A stretch of 64,000 nt of DNA. Origin: Massalongia carnosa. Taxonomy: Eukaryota. Under the pieces are notes generated by a model. That model searched no databases. It was not told the DNA's origin and worked only from the letters and a program-made list of their open reading frames with translations. Positions 23,960-36,954 of this stretch are shown here, one piece after another. Made by a program: the position numbers and the translations under genes. The DNA is taken from positions 372,001-436,000 of the forward strand of contig OZ287082.1 of NCBI GenBank assembly GCA_965645245.1. Reading direction: 5' to 3'. Within the stretch, counting starts at the first letter, position 1; each line of letters starts with the position of its first letter.

Positions 23960-26900
23960 TGTTGAATATCCAACTCCTATCAGTACAATGAACATAGCAT
24001 CTAGGAAACCGTAGAAGCCGCATTAGGCCTAAGTTAGTCCCAAGATAAGATAAAGATTACCTTACTTAACAGAAGGTTACCAGTAATAGGATAAAGACTG
24101 CTGAACAGCACTCTTCATCATTAACATTACAGTTAAACATACACATATTATTACATAGTCATATAGCCATAGTCATATACCTATTTTAACAGGTTATGAG
24201 CCCGGAAGGGCGCTCTTGATTCTACACGAATCGAAAACCTTTCATCCGCAGGACTACAGTACTAAATAAGCTAAGCAATCTTATCTGTTTAAATTCTTAT
24301 AGACAAGAAGCTGAATCGTCTGTGTCTTTAGAAATAATCTCAACCCCTTGACTATTTATTATTAGGAGAATGGTACTAACTACAACGATTATTCTTGATT
24401 CATAAAAGCAAGAGATATTATCTTATCAAGTACAAGACTTGTTTAGAAGAAAGAGCTTGATTAAGAAGATATAATATTTAAAAAATCTTTGAGTACTATT
24501 ATGAAACTAGTAGATCTCTTGAATATCGAGCGAATCTATTTAAGATAGATTCTTCGAAGATCAGAGACAAAACTATAATCAGAACGCTCAAAGCAAGAAG
24601 AGATACACATCTCAAAGACGAGAACCTGTCAAGAAACATGATAAATTCATGTTATTCGAGTTCCGCTCTCTCTTTGATGTCTAATCACTTCTTTCAAAAA
24701 ATTATCAAAGCCATTTCCGGAATATGAGATTATCTCTTCTGGATGCGAAAGCTTTTTAAAGCCGCTATCGGAATATGAGACTTCTCTTCCGAATGCGAGA
24801 ACTATTTAAGCCGCTTCCGGAATATTAGATTTTCTCTTCTGATTGCGAAAGCTTTTTAGGCCGCTATCGGAAATTGAGATTTTCTTCCGAATGCAGGCAT
24901 AGAGACAGATACTACGGGAAATAAAGAAATAAAAAATGATTAAAGGAAGGGATCACTGTCTAGTTTTTTCTTCATAGGAAATTACTTTTCATGTCCTATA
25001 TCCATCATCTAGACTTTTCTTTTGTCATAAGAACTCGTTAGATATCAATCTTATTTGTCTATTTTACATTATCAACCCGCGATGAAGAATTCTCTTCAGG
25101 ATAAAGTCCTGTTATTAGAGAAAGCTGAAGACTATCCATAATGGATAACCCACACGGAAGCAATTTTAAAGCAAAAAGACTGTATCTTTGCTATTCAAGA
25201 CAATATACCACCAATCTCATATCAAACAATCAAGCTTAAATACTTGGGAATAGGATTCACTGATGCACATATCAAGGATGAACAGATCTTTACCAAAGTC
25301 GGAGCTGATATTGAAAAACAGAATTATCTTAGGTTCAAGGCCGAAGGGATCATCAAAATGAGAGTCGCTCAACAGCATCATACTCTTCTTGCAAACAAAT
25401 CGGCCGGTGAAATGCTGAGAACATTGAGAACAAATTTCAAGATATTGTACCCATGAGCATCACCGACATTTTTTACAACATGAGTATTAAAAGAATGACG
25501 GACTATGAAAGCGCTGTTAAATATTGCGCCGAATATGAAAATGCATTAAACTCCATAAAGGGCATGATAGAAGAGAACTCGGAATTGAGCGATATGGGTG
25601 TAGAACAAGTTCTTCAAGCATATTTGTTACACAACGTTTCTGATTTCTATCTACCTCTTATAGCTCAACTTCGTCGCGACTGGCTCACTGGCGAATCAAA
25701 TCTCACTGTTGCGTGCAGAGCAATTACCTCTTATTCTGTCAATATGTTTAACAAGAAGGCATTTCATACCAACGTTTCAAGTAGAAACGATAAGACACCG
25801 CCAGGAACTTGCACTTTTTCGCAATTTGTGAGTAAAGGAACAACCGCTCATGCACCAGTAAGATGCTGGCAAAAGTATCCTGAGAAGCGACCTAAATTTC
25901 TATTGAAGTCTATGAAAACAAGAGGGACAAAAGCCTCTGTTTCGAAATCGGAAACACTATCAATGTCTCTCACAATAACAAATGTGCCAACTGTGAACAG
26001 TTGACTCACATTAGTCATGACCACTAGGCTGCAGAAGGTTATGACCATGACGAGTCTCAGCAGACACTCCTGGCTTTTGGATAGTGCCGCAGACATGCAC
26101 GTTTGTAACAAAAGATCTTCTTTCGCTGACTACATAGTCTATCCTACAGACCTGGCATGCTCTACTTCTAATAGTACTTCACCAGGAAGGGGAATGATTC
26201 GTATAACGTTAGCATCAGAAGATGGCATCAGAAGATGACACACCTTCGTCAATACTCGTCCTTAATCACTTTCTTTACATTCCACAATGTCCAGTAAATC
26301 TTGTCAGTCTTGGATTACTCAATCAACATAAGGTCTACTTTGACAATCTGAACTGGAATCTGTTTCTTCTTTAATCCAGAGATATCATAGGCTATGCACC
26401 AAGAGTCAATACCAACTTCGTGCTAAAGACCTTGCACACCACAGACCTGGCTATTCATCTTACAAGAATAGTAGCCGATATCTTTCAATAGCCTGAGACG
26501 GCGATTTATCACACGTCTAGCAAGGTGAAATTGACAACATGGCACGCCCGTCTCGGTCACCTTAACATCTCAAGCTGTCGGAAATATCTAAAAGGTTAAG
26601 ACGTATCGTTTCTGGATAACATTAAGGATGATTGGTACTGTTCCTCCTGTGAACTAGGAAAGGCAACAAAGCAATATAATCGGTCAACTCAGAAGAAGAC
26701 AGAGGAATTATTCCAGAAGGTTCGCGCTGATCTTGTTGGACCCATCAAGCCCCTATGACTTCTGAATGAACTCTACTTCTTTACCTTCACCTGTGATGCT
26801 AGTCGATACACTCATGTCTACACAGGTCTCAAAAAAAGCGAATGGTTTACTCATCTATTGACTTATTATAGTCTGGCAAAAAACAAGTCTGGAAAAATCA

Positions 26901-28447
26901 AACAAATCAGCATTTTTCGCACCGACTTTGGTACAGAACTTCGAAGTCGAAAAACAGATGAATTGTTCCTCAAAGAAGTGATAACGTTTGAACCCTCCGC
27001 TGCGCATTCTCAGGAACAGAACGGAGTGTCTGAACGAGCAGGCAGAACCATCATGGACACGACCAGGTGCACTATTAGCAAGGGAGGCATTCCAGACTAT
27101 CTATGGACAGAGATAGTGCTAGCAATGGTTCATGTCAAGAATATTAGACCCACCAATGCTCTATCAGGCAAAAGCCCATACGAATTCTATGAATCAAAAT
27201 CACCATCTCTGAACCATCTAAGAGTTTTGGGATCCACTGTCTATATTCTTATTCATAAAGAAGAACGGAAAGGCATCAATAGCAAATCGGCTAAATTTTC
27301 ACCTCGAGCTCAACTTGGTATTCTGTGCGGCTACGATGGATATACTATTTATCGGGTATTTCTTGAATAGGATTACAGGGTTATCAGGGTCAAAGATTTA
27401 CGCATTCATGAAGACGCCATCTCTAAAGACCAGACCAAAGTTTATACATATAATGCAATCATGGCCCCCGATATAATCATTCCGTCAGAATCAGTCACCG
27501 CAATACTTCCCATTCCGTCTTCTAAACGTAGACGAGGCAGGCCCAGAAAGCACGTTCATATAGCTCATATATTATCTCTTCTATCAAATAAAGCATTAAC
27601 TGAGCCAAATCACGTCTATACTTCCCATGACAGAGATAAAGTAGATCCACTAGTCCTTCTGGCCAGAAAATTAGAAAAGGAAGAATCATCAGGCCTGGAA
27701 AACTATGATGCACTGTCTCAACTCGACGTTGCCGAACCACAAACATATTATCAGGCCATGAATTCTGCATATTCAGAAGAATGGAGTCGATCAATCAATG
27801 ACGAACATAACAGTCTCTTGGAAAATAATACCTGGGACCTAGTATCATCTGATTCAATAGAGCCTGGCCATATTGTACTTAGAGGAAGAGAGGTGTACAA
27901 ACTGAAACGAGACATAGATGGAAAGATCACACGATTCAAATCCAGAAGGGTGGTGAAAGGCTATCTCCAATAGTATGGAGTAGATTTCGAACAGACCTAT
28001 GCTTCCGTCGTGAAACCGATGGCTTTTCGATTACTATTTGCCATAACTGCATTTTATGACCTAGACATCCAACAGCTTGATGTCGTGACAGCGTTCCTTT
28101 ATGGAATAATTGATCAATTGATCTACGTCCAGACTCACAAAGGATATGAAACGCCAGGCATGATTTGCAAACTTAATAAGGCACTATATGGTTTGAAACA
28201 GTCTCCACGTCTCTGGTAAAAACGTCTATCAGAACTCTTACTGAGCAAATTAGGACTGTTCAATTATCAGGCAGATCATAGTATCTTTTCCACTTCCGCT
28301 GGCATTTAAGGGCCCATTGTCACCTCATTTGTCGACGATCTGATCACAATCGGCCCGAAAGGCTCTCCAATGATTACAGAGGTCAAAAAGTAACTCAATA
28401 TCGCATTTAAAATGGTAGATATTGGTCCTATCAGTCATTATCTGGGT
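23960..28447 (+). mobile_element. Ty1/copia retrotransposon (copia-2), degenerate and 3'-truncated
   Basis: LTR 23960-24191 (TGTTGAA...TTAACA) and PBS GGTTATGAGCCC at 24192-24203. Broken gag-pol from ~25082: WLLDSAA, WHARLGH, RTDFGTE, QEQNGVSER, YGLKQSPR, FVDDL; ends at GPISHYLG. Confidence 0.9.
24708..24895 (+). repeat. ~50-bp tandem repeat x4 in the copia-2 leader
   Basis: Units begin AAGCCATTTCCGG / AAGCCGCTATCGG / AAGCCGCTTCCGG / AGGCCGCTATCGG. Confidence 0.85.
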
Positions 28448-29093
28448 CGAAAACACCAGTTCAATTCAAGGAAAACACTAGTTCAATTCAAGAACCCTGG
28501 CGTAATGGAAGGACACCTATCGAAACACAAGTACCGCAACTTTTGATACTCTATAACTTTAACAGTCAATTGAGCCTCTATTTCTCAGTCATTTGAGCTC
28601 CTCCAGAGCAAAAACGCTCTCAGATTGAGTGTAGGAGAGCTCTAGCAATACTCCAGCAGAGTTTTTCTGCTGGTCGCACGCGACCGACGTGATAAAGCGC
28701 GCTCTAGAAGTCGGAAAAAACAACAAATACTAACAACATCACCAAAAATCGCTCTTTTTTCTTGTTTTCTTCTGTTCTGTTGTCGCATGACCTTCAATTA
28801 TTACTATCAAAATTATCTACAAAAAATATCTACTCTCGCGGGACTGTACAACAACTGTCGCGACGTCAAAGTCTTCTAAAGTTCATTCCTCATTTAAGGT
28901 TACGGGAACTTCCGCAAGCACAAATTTTCACAGCATATTTCACGTATAATTTTTGCAAATTCCATTTTCGGCTTTATCGATCTTTGTTGAACGGCCGGTC
29001 AACAGATTACTGAAAAGAAGGGGAAAAACGTCTGGAATAGGATTATACCAAAGGTCCTGTTTCAGACTAATCAGAATAGGAAGTCTCGTATTG

Positions 29094-31115
29094 ATTTGAT
29101 TTGATTATTCTTACGCCGTTGTGTCACCGGCCGAAGGCCTGCCCATGCGGGAGATGCTATATAAGCTATGTAATAAGTAGAAAACCCAAAGGTGAAAAAT
29201 TACTCCTGCGTATCCGCTTCATCGGGGGTTCGCCGCTCCCGCGGATTGATTCGTGTATCTCGAAAATCTGCGATACCTGTTTTTCAAACTGAAGTGAGAC
29301 TGCCCGGCTGCTGTTCAAGCAGTTGCGTGGCAATGGAATACTGTGTTAAAATACCTGTGCGCATGAGCCACGCGGTTACTACTTTGAGAGCTTTGGGTTC
29401 GGTGATTAGCTTGCGGTAGTCTGACGAGCCTGCCGTTCGTAGCATGTGCGTTCTGTGTTCGTGCAGTCTGCAGAACATGATTACATGTTTGGCTGTATGT
29501 AAGAGGCTTCCGCAGGGACATGCCGCCGAGTTCACACCTGGGACCTTGCGCCGATATAGAAAGTTGGCCAGTCCGATTTTTTCCGTTCTTATCTGTGTTG
29601 CTAGTGAGCTTTGCGCTTTGTCTAGTAACTTGTGTACGTTAAGCCTTTTCCTGTGTATAGGCGCCTGTTGTGCGATCGTGGGATATAACGTGTGTTTTGC
29701 TTGATATGCTTTCCACTTGTAGATCCACTGATTCTCAAAGTACTTCTTTATTATCCCGTCTTGTTGGTTCTGCGTCGTTACTTGCGCTGTGCGTTGTCTC
29801 TTCTGTGCCTCGTCGATCGTTGTCCAGGGAGGGGGAGAGGGTTGATCCAGTTTTACTGTTTTCGGTGCGTCTTTCGTCATCTTTGTTACCCATTCTCGTT
29901 TACGAGTTCCCGGTGTTTTTTCTGCGACTCGCGATTGACCTCTTTTGCCTCTGAGTTTCACTTGGATTCTATTGCACGCCTGCTTTATAATTTTTTCCTG
30001 TTCGCTGTTCGAGATTCTGGATCTCGTTTTTGTTTGTAAGCGGTCTAGATGTTGCGTTAAGGGAGGGATGTGGGTTTCTGCCTGTAATATTTCAATTGGG
30101 GTAGCCTTGTACGCTCCGGCTATGACTCGTAAACACTTGTTTTGTATGACTTCGAGTTTGCTTCTTGATTCGACTTTGGCTTTCTTTCTTGCTTCGGCTG
30201 GCATGTGCCATGCTATCGAGCCGTGCGACATGGCGGGGCGTATCACTGCTGTGTATACGTGGCGGGCTCGTAGAAGGGTCGCCCCCCAGGTTGAGGCTGC
30301 GATTTTGGTCAGTGCCATTGTTTGTCTCGTCATTTTCTTCTGAATTTCCTTGTAATGCGCTGCCCAATCGAGTCTAGTGTCAATGTATACTCCCAGGACT
30401 CTTATCGAAGTCTTGGTCTTCAGGATCAAGCCTCTTACCGCGAAGGATGAGTCCAGGTTGAATTTCTTTGGATTCTTTGCCAGGTGTATCAGCTCGTATT
30501 TGTGTGGCGCGAATACGGAGCCGTGGCGAGCGGCCCATCGTTCGCAGTCGTTGTGTATTTTTTCCAGCGTTTTGCAATTCTCTTCGGTAGACTTTCCGTA
30601 CGCCAGTATATTGACGTCGTCTACGAAACCCATGCCCGCTGCGTTGGTACCTGGTCTATTGCAAATATTGAGTAAGTCTGCATTATAAAAGAGATATAGA
30701 ATGGGAGACAAAGGAGATCCTTGCGGAATTCCTATATTCAGCTGGAATGCGTTGGTTGTTCGTTGATTGATAGTGAGAGTGGTTTCTCTTTCCTTGAGGA
30801 AGCTTTCTGTCCATTTCGTGATCCATTCCGGAATTTTTCTCTTTCTCAGATTATGAATGAGCCTACGATGTGAAACCGTATCGAAGGCGCCTGAGACGTC
30901 GATACTAAGAAGCGATGCTACTTTGTCTTTCCCTTGATTCCAGACCGTGTGTACCTGCTCCGTGAGTAGTTCGAGCGCTGTGTCCGTTGCGCGGCCTGGT
31001 CTTGCTCCCATTTGCGTGTCTGGAATTAATCTGAGTTTTTCCGTTAAATAGCTTATTTTCCTTGCTATAATGGATTCTAGCATTTTTCCAACCGTGTTTA
31101 GGAGCGCAATAGGCT
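29094..31115 (-). mobile_element. 5'-truncated family-B LINE (RT C-half, zinc finger, 3'UTR, TCAAA-type tail)
   Basis: ORF 29284..31083 has GIPQGSPLSP, GFVDD and CPCGSLLHTAKHVIMFC. Tail ATTTGATTTGATT on + near 29094; 3' stem-loop at 29122-29151. Confidence 0.93.
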
Positions 31116-33096
31116 AAGAATGATAAAATAGAGTTGACATCTCCTTCTTGAAGTCTCCATCCCAGTTTTCGTTCATCTCACTGGTGCGTTTTACGGCCCA
31201 AGACTATTGATGAATTCTACGATTGGGGTGAACGACGTCCCTTTCGCCCAGGTCAAACCCAGTTTACTCCTTAAGCATATATCAAGGGCGAGTCTAGCCG
31301 TAGCCCATGCGCCGGCGAACCGACGGGGTATCGTTACGAGCGAGATAGACATTCCCTGCTCTATATATACCGACATGCGCATACTGTCCTCTCGGGCTAT
31401 GCAGACGGTCTCCGTACGGTGGCCGCCATTGTATACCACGCCTCACGGGTTTTTTACGCCCACTTCGCGTTATTCATAAAGGTCTCCCGTTTATGAACCG
31501 ACCATGTCTCGCAGGGATTTCGACAGCTATGCTCCTTACCAGGCAGTATAGTATCGATTTTCCGTCCCTACTAACCAAAACAAGTCGAGGACAACTCGGA
31601 GGGGTGCTCGTTTGAAATTCGTCTATTAGCTCAGGGCCTAGACTGTTATCAATTAACGGGTTCCTCGTATATTGCCCTCTTCTTGTCCCAAGGGTGTCCT
31701 ATTTGATGACTAGGTTGCCTCCACCATCCCCGGTACGACTCCGGTTCGGGCCGTGTTGCTCACGGTAGCCATCAATCGGATGGTTTTCATAACCCGAATC
31801 CCTTGTATCATGTAGGGTGTGACCCTACATTATGTGTCTATATATTTTATTTCTTTCAGCCGGAGGGCTCCGTGCTGTAGACGAAGGAGATCCGTGTGAT
31901 AGACATAGCTGACCCGTGTCGTACGTCTATAGCTCTCAGCCGATGACTACATGAAAGGACTTGAACCTTTAAGAGTATGACCGAACGTTGTTAACGAGGT
32001 CTATGAAAATCTTATTAACAAGGTCTTCGAGAACAATATTAACGAAGTTTCGCTGAACTCTTTTCATTCGTTTTGTGATCCATCGAGGTCTACCAGTGTC
32101 AATTCCACACCATGCCCGTGTCAAAATACATTATTTTCAGCTGACGACTGTTAGAAAGGACTTGAACCTCTAAAAATATGTACTCCGATATTAACGGGGT
32201 GCAGATCTGTCTTAACGAGCCTCCGCAGAACCCCCTTCACAGGGACGTGTTATTGATTTATGACTGTGTTTCTTGTGACTGTATGTTTTGTGACTGTGTG
32301 TTTGTGACTGTATGTTTGTGACTGTGTACTTTGTGACTGTGTGCTTTGTACAACGTGTGATTGATGACTATGTGTTTTGTGACTCTGTTTTCCTCGATTT
32401 TATTTAACAGGCCGGGCCTATTAAATGGGATATTGTTATTCTGCTCCGAGATAGAGTTTTCTTGAGGTGACAGCATTCGCCCCGGTGCCTTTACGCGTTC
32501 TGTTGATCCCAGCTGATGACTGCCTGGGGAGACGTGAACTCTCAGGAGCTAGAACACGTGTCGACTGTGCCCGGGTGGGGGATGATGCGACTCCTTTGGT
32601 CCACATCTTATTCCAGCTGATGACTGCATGAAGGGACTTGAACCCTTAGAAGAATAGTGCAGGGACGCGCGCATTCTACCCCCCGGCGGTTGGCCTTCGT
32701 ATGCTCTTCCATACGTACGTCTGCGACGCGTGTGAACGCGTTAAATTAGCATTGTTTTGATGCGAAGAGATAGGAGCAAATCTATGTTTGACGGTCGCCC
32801 CACGGTGAGGCCTTTGGCGTCTCCGTGGTGAGGACCGATGGTGTAGAAGGAGGAGGACCGATGGTGTAGGCTCGTCCGTCTCGAGTCTTATCTGTATCGA
32901 GTTCTGATATTCAGCGGTGAAAAGAGCTCAGAATATCAGGAGCACCGTTTAGGAAATGAAATGTAACTGCATTGCTCTCGAGTGCAAGATCGTTTACTAT
33001 TAAGCTTTTCCATTGTATCATAAGAGTGGAGAAGGTGGCATGCTGATCGTTGGATCTCGTAGACCTGAAGCCTGCTCAATCACGAGGGAAGGAACC
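31116..33096 (-). other. Unidentified ~2-kb non-LINE segment inside the same TSD as the 29094-31115 LINE
   Basis: 15-bp TSD GGAAGTCTCGTATTG at 29079-29093 and 33097-33111. No similarity seen to LINE ORF1/ORF2 elsewhere in the window; contains repeated motifs. Confidence 0.75.
32260..32386. repeat. Minisatellite of 14-15 bp units (TGTGACTGTGTGTT-like)
   Basis: At least 6 TGACTGT-cored units in tandem, with degenerate copies following. Confidence 0.9.
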
Positions 33097-34543
33097 GGAA
33101 GTCTCGTATTGTCTTACATTGCATTAAAATTTATCTTTATTGAAAAAGCAAAAAAAAAACTTTCATTATATTCACCAAATTGTAGTGTCTGGTAAAGGGT
33201 TAAATCAGATTTACTGCCTTAGCGAGGAACGGTCTATATTAACCCGATTAGTATTTATTTGACGCGTTATAGTCAAATAAATAGGGATAGGAAAGAAAGA
33301 GTCATTTGACCAGTAAACAGGTGTAAATTATATTCTGACTAGTACGTCCGGGGAAAGTCAGAATAAATTATTTGGTGGCGATAAAAGGAATATTGCAAAG
33401 GCAAAAACACTATTCTCAATCGAAGGTTTAACCCGATAGGTCAGAGAACAAATCGATTGATATCAACAACTCCTCCCCCAGGCCCCCCTCCACAGCATCT
33501 ATGGGTCCCCCCGAGTACACCCCCGGGCCCCCCCCGAATCGACTCCCCCACGCCATCTTCGGTAGCGATAATTGGGAGCACCCCCTAACCGTAGAGTTCA
33601 CGGAAGCCATGGACCTAACGCGAGAATTTTCGTCCGCACCGTCCACACCCACCCCAAAAGCGAAATCTTTTGTCGCGCCATCTGGTGAATTCAGTACTAA
33701 TCTGCCCATGCCATCATTAAATTCTGATATTCGACTGAGTCCACCAATTAAACGCAACAAAAGACGAACATTTAACGAACATTCGATTGAAAGTCAAGAA
33801 GTCATCAATCGACCAAAATCGATTCAACTATTGAATACGGCAAAAAATGCATTATTGGAGGCATTCGTATTAGATCAAAACCCCGAAACGGCTATGGTCA
33901 TCTATCACGGCAATTCTCTACTGACAAAAAAACCGATCAAGCAAAAAGATACGTTAGAATTAATTGATTGGAAATTGAATAGGGTGCTAGAAAAAACTAG
34001 CCAAATTCCACAAACAAAGTGACAATCGGTGCGACCTATACAGACAAATTTGAAGGGAAATTCAAATGGAAATTCGAATTTGACTAAAAACGTCAACCCA
34101 GCAATTCGGAGCGAAACAGCCGGAGTCCCAGGGCCGCAGGTCAACGATACAGCTAGAACATGGAGCCAAATGCTCGGAAAAGCGACTGTCAATTCCGAAA
34201 ATTGGAATACCGTTCCTCGATCCAAAAAAACAAAATAACAACAAAAACAACAATTCGAATGCGAACAAATTCGATAATTCTGACGATTTCAAGGCGATCA
34301 AATCTCGACGGTTGATAATCATACCGAAAACTCAAATCGGCGATATCGATTCACTGTTGCTTCGAAACCAAATCAATTCGGTTTTTAAAGACGCGAAATT
34401 GACTATCGTTATTAACACGGTCGAAAAGTCCAAAACAGGTCAAAACATCATTCTGAATACTAGTCCTGATAACACTGCTGATGATTTATTGAACAATAAA
34501 TCAATATGGGAGCATTTATTCGACCCACGAATAGTTCGAAAGG

Positions 34544-35094
34544 CGGACACGGCTATTTTCGATCATATTTACATCGATTGAATGATTATAATTCGTCAAA
34601 ATGCACAAATCGATGCAATCAACGACAGACGCAAGAACACTTGATATTGAATTGCATTCACTATTTCGATGAAATTCAAAACATGAAACAAAGGATCGAT
34701 ACTACGATCAACTTGAATATGTTGTTTAATACAAAAATCGGAAATGACATTTTGATAAAATTCATTGTCAATAACAAAATCGCGACTAGAAAATGGATAC
34801 TAGGTCAGCTTGATGATGATATTTCAAAACTAGAGGTTGGGGAGAGATCGAACAGTAAAATCAGAAACGATTTATGCTGAAACATTTACGAACTTACAAA
34901 GACAAATTGTAAAATCGATATTTTTCGATTACTAAAGGTTGTTACTAACACGTAGTAAAAATGGGGAAAAATTGACGATACATAGATAGGTTATAAAGGG
35001 TTGATTTATTTGTAATATAGAAACATATCTTAAAATAGTTTAGTATCATAACCTTAGGTTGAATACACTTAATGAATAAATAAAAAAAATAAAA
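34544..35094 (+). mobile_element. 5'-truncated family-A LINE 3' end inserted into family-A ORF1
   Basis: GHGYFRSYLHRL...C-terminus, 3'UTR and A-rich tail; TSD AATAGTTCGAAAGG at 34530-34543 and 35095-35108. Confidence 0.93.
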
Positions 35095-36954
35095 AATAGT
35101 TCGAAAGGACGAATCGTGGTTCAAAGTCGTCGCACACGGTGTAAATATTGCAACATTTGATGAAAATATGCAATATTTGCAAGACGAAATTCAAAAGTTC
35201 AATTCGAACATGCAATTATGCGATGTTCCCAGATGGCTAGCACGTGATCGTCATAACTAGATCAAATCATCCGTTGTTTTGACATTCAATGATCGAAATA
35301 TGGCCTTGAACGCGTTAAAAGGAGTCAATATCGCGGGCCGAAATTGTGACACGGAAGTATTTACCTCCGTTCGTCCAAACACACAATGCATTAATTGTCA
35401 AAAATTTGGACACAAGCATTATCAATGCAAAAGTCAAGCGAAATGCAGCATATGTGCGCAAAACCATGAAACACGCAATCATGAATGCACATCATGCAAA
35501 TCAAAAATTGCGGGTGCATCCATCGTTGTCAAATGCGCGAATTGCAACAAGAATCATCAATTTAATTATGAAAATTGTGAAATGGTTATATTGTTAAATG
35601 TTCGAAAATCGACTGTCGAATTAGCCGCTTTGTAATGGCAGGACAGCATTCGTTGACAAATATCGAAAATAAACAAAATGTTAAATTTATTCAACATAAT
35701 TGTGCAAAGTCAACGAATGCAATGATATTGTGTTTGGAATATGCTTTATCAAATCAAATTGATATTGTTTTGTTTCAGGAACCATGGACACGAGATCAAA
35801 AAACAATATCACATCCGTCATTTACATGTATTATGCCAAAAATAGCGACTTATCGCTCGAGAGTAGCTATATTTGTCACAAAAGGCAATCCCAAACTGCA
35901 ATGCACGCCTCGAACGGATCTTATTGACGATTACGATATGCAAATTATTGAAATTACAATTGATGAAGTTCGAAAAGTGCAGATTTTCAATATTTATAAC
36001 GAAAAAAGTCAAAGTGATCGAGAAACATACACGATCGATCGACTTTTAATCCAATTACAACCTAAATCAACTGATCAATTCGTCATCTGTGGAGATTTCA
36101 ATGCACATCATATCTGGTGGAATTCGAAAATTCAACAAGCAATTCGATCAGAAAATCTAGTCAAATGGTTGAAATTAAACAGGTGTAGTTTGATAAACAC
36201 ACCTTACTTAGGTACATACAAGGACCATTCCGGAAGTTCTTCATCTGTTATTGATTTAACATTTGAAAATTCTAAAATCGAAAATGCAATTACAAATTGG
36301 TCAACCGATGACACGCAGTCACAGGTTCAGATCATGAAATCATCCGATTTGAACTAATCGCATGTTTCAAAATTTTGACGTCACATGCAACCGCATTATC
36401 GAATAAATACAATTGCAATAAAGCCGATTGGAATAAATTCGCGAAGTATCTAGCCGAAAATTCAACCATCTTCGAATCACAAGTTTAAATTTTATTGAAT
36501 AATCACCAATTCGACGAATCAGCAATTTATTTGCAAAACATTATGAAAAACGCGGCTGAAATGTTTATTCCGAAAACGAAAATTTGTGCAAAATCGAAAA
36601 ATTGGTGGTCGCAAGATTTAACCGAGCTTCGGAAAACCATGTGCAGACATCGTCGAGAATGGAAGAATTTTTCAACCGATTTTAGTCATCGGACGTTTAA
36701 AGATAGTCGAATCGAGTATTTTCATGCAATTCGAAAAGCAAAACAACAAACCTGGTTGACTTTTCTAGAAAATGCAACAAATAAAGATGTATTTACCGCG
36801 TATAAATACACTAAACCGCGCATATTCGAAAAAATACCGCCGATTCTACATGAAAATAAGCTAAATGTTCAGTTTGATGACAAATGCGATGCGTTTGTGT
36901 CAGCAATGTACACAAAAAACCCATTTATAGACGATAATGTCGAAGATTTATCAA

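Noticed and set aside
28762..29013. Conserved small ORFs in the family-A 5'UTR (also 42016-42356, 57726-58201)
   Set aside because: Frames and lengths are not preserved between copies; the similarity reflects shared UTR DNA.
31950..32650. tRNA genes or box C/D snoRNA cluster
   Set aside because: Only T-arm-like hairpins are present, with no cloverleaf or clear A-box. TGATGA words lack properly placed D boxes and terminal stems.
31937..32651. Hammerhead ribozymes (CTGATGA/CTGACGA cores on the + strand)
   Set aside because: No paired stem II before a GAAA, and GAAA is present in only two of four copies, so the canonical hammerhead fold cannot be built. Kept only as an unclassified motif.
34506..34880. 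Small standalone proteins at junctions (also 36964..37332, 38596..38844, 50980..51492, 13499..13768)
   Set aside because: These are chance fusion frames across TE insertion junctions.
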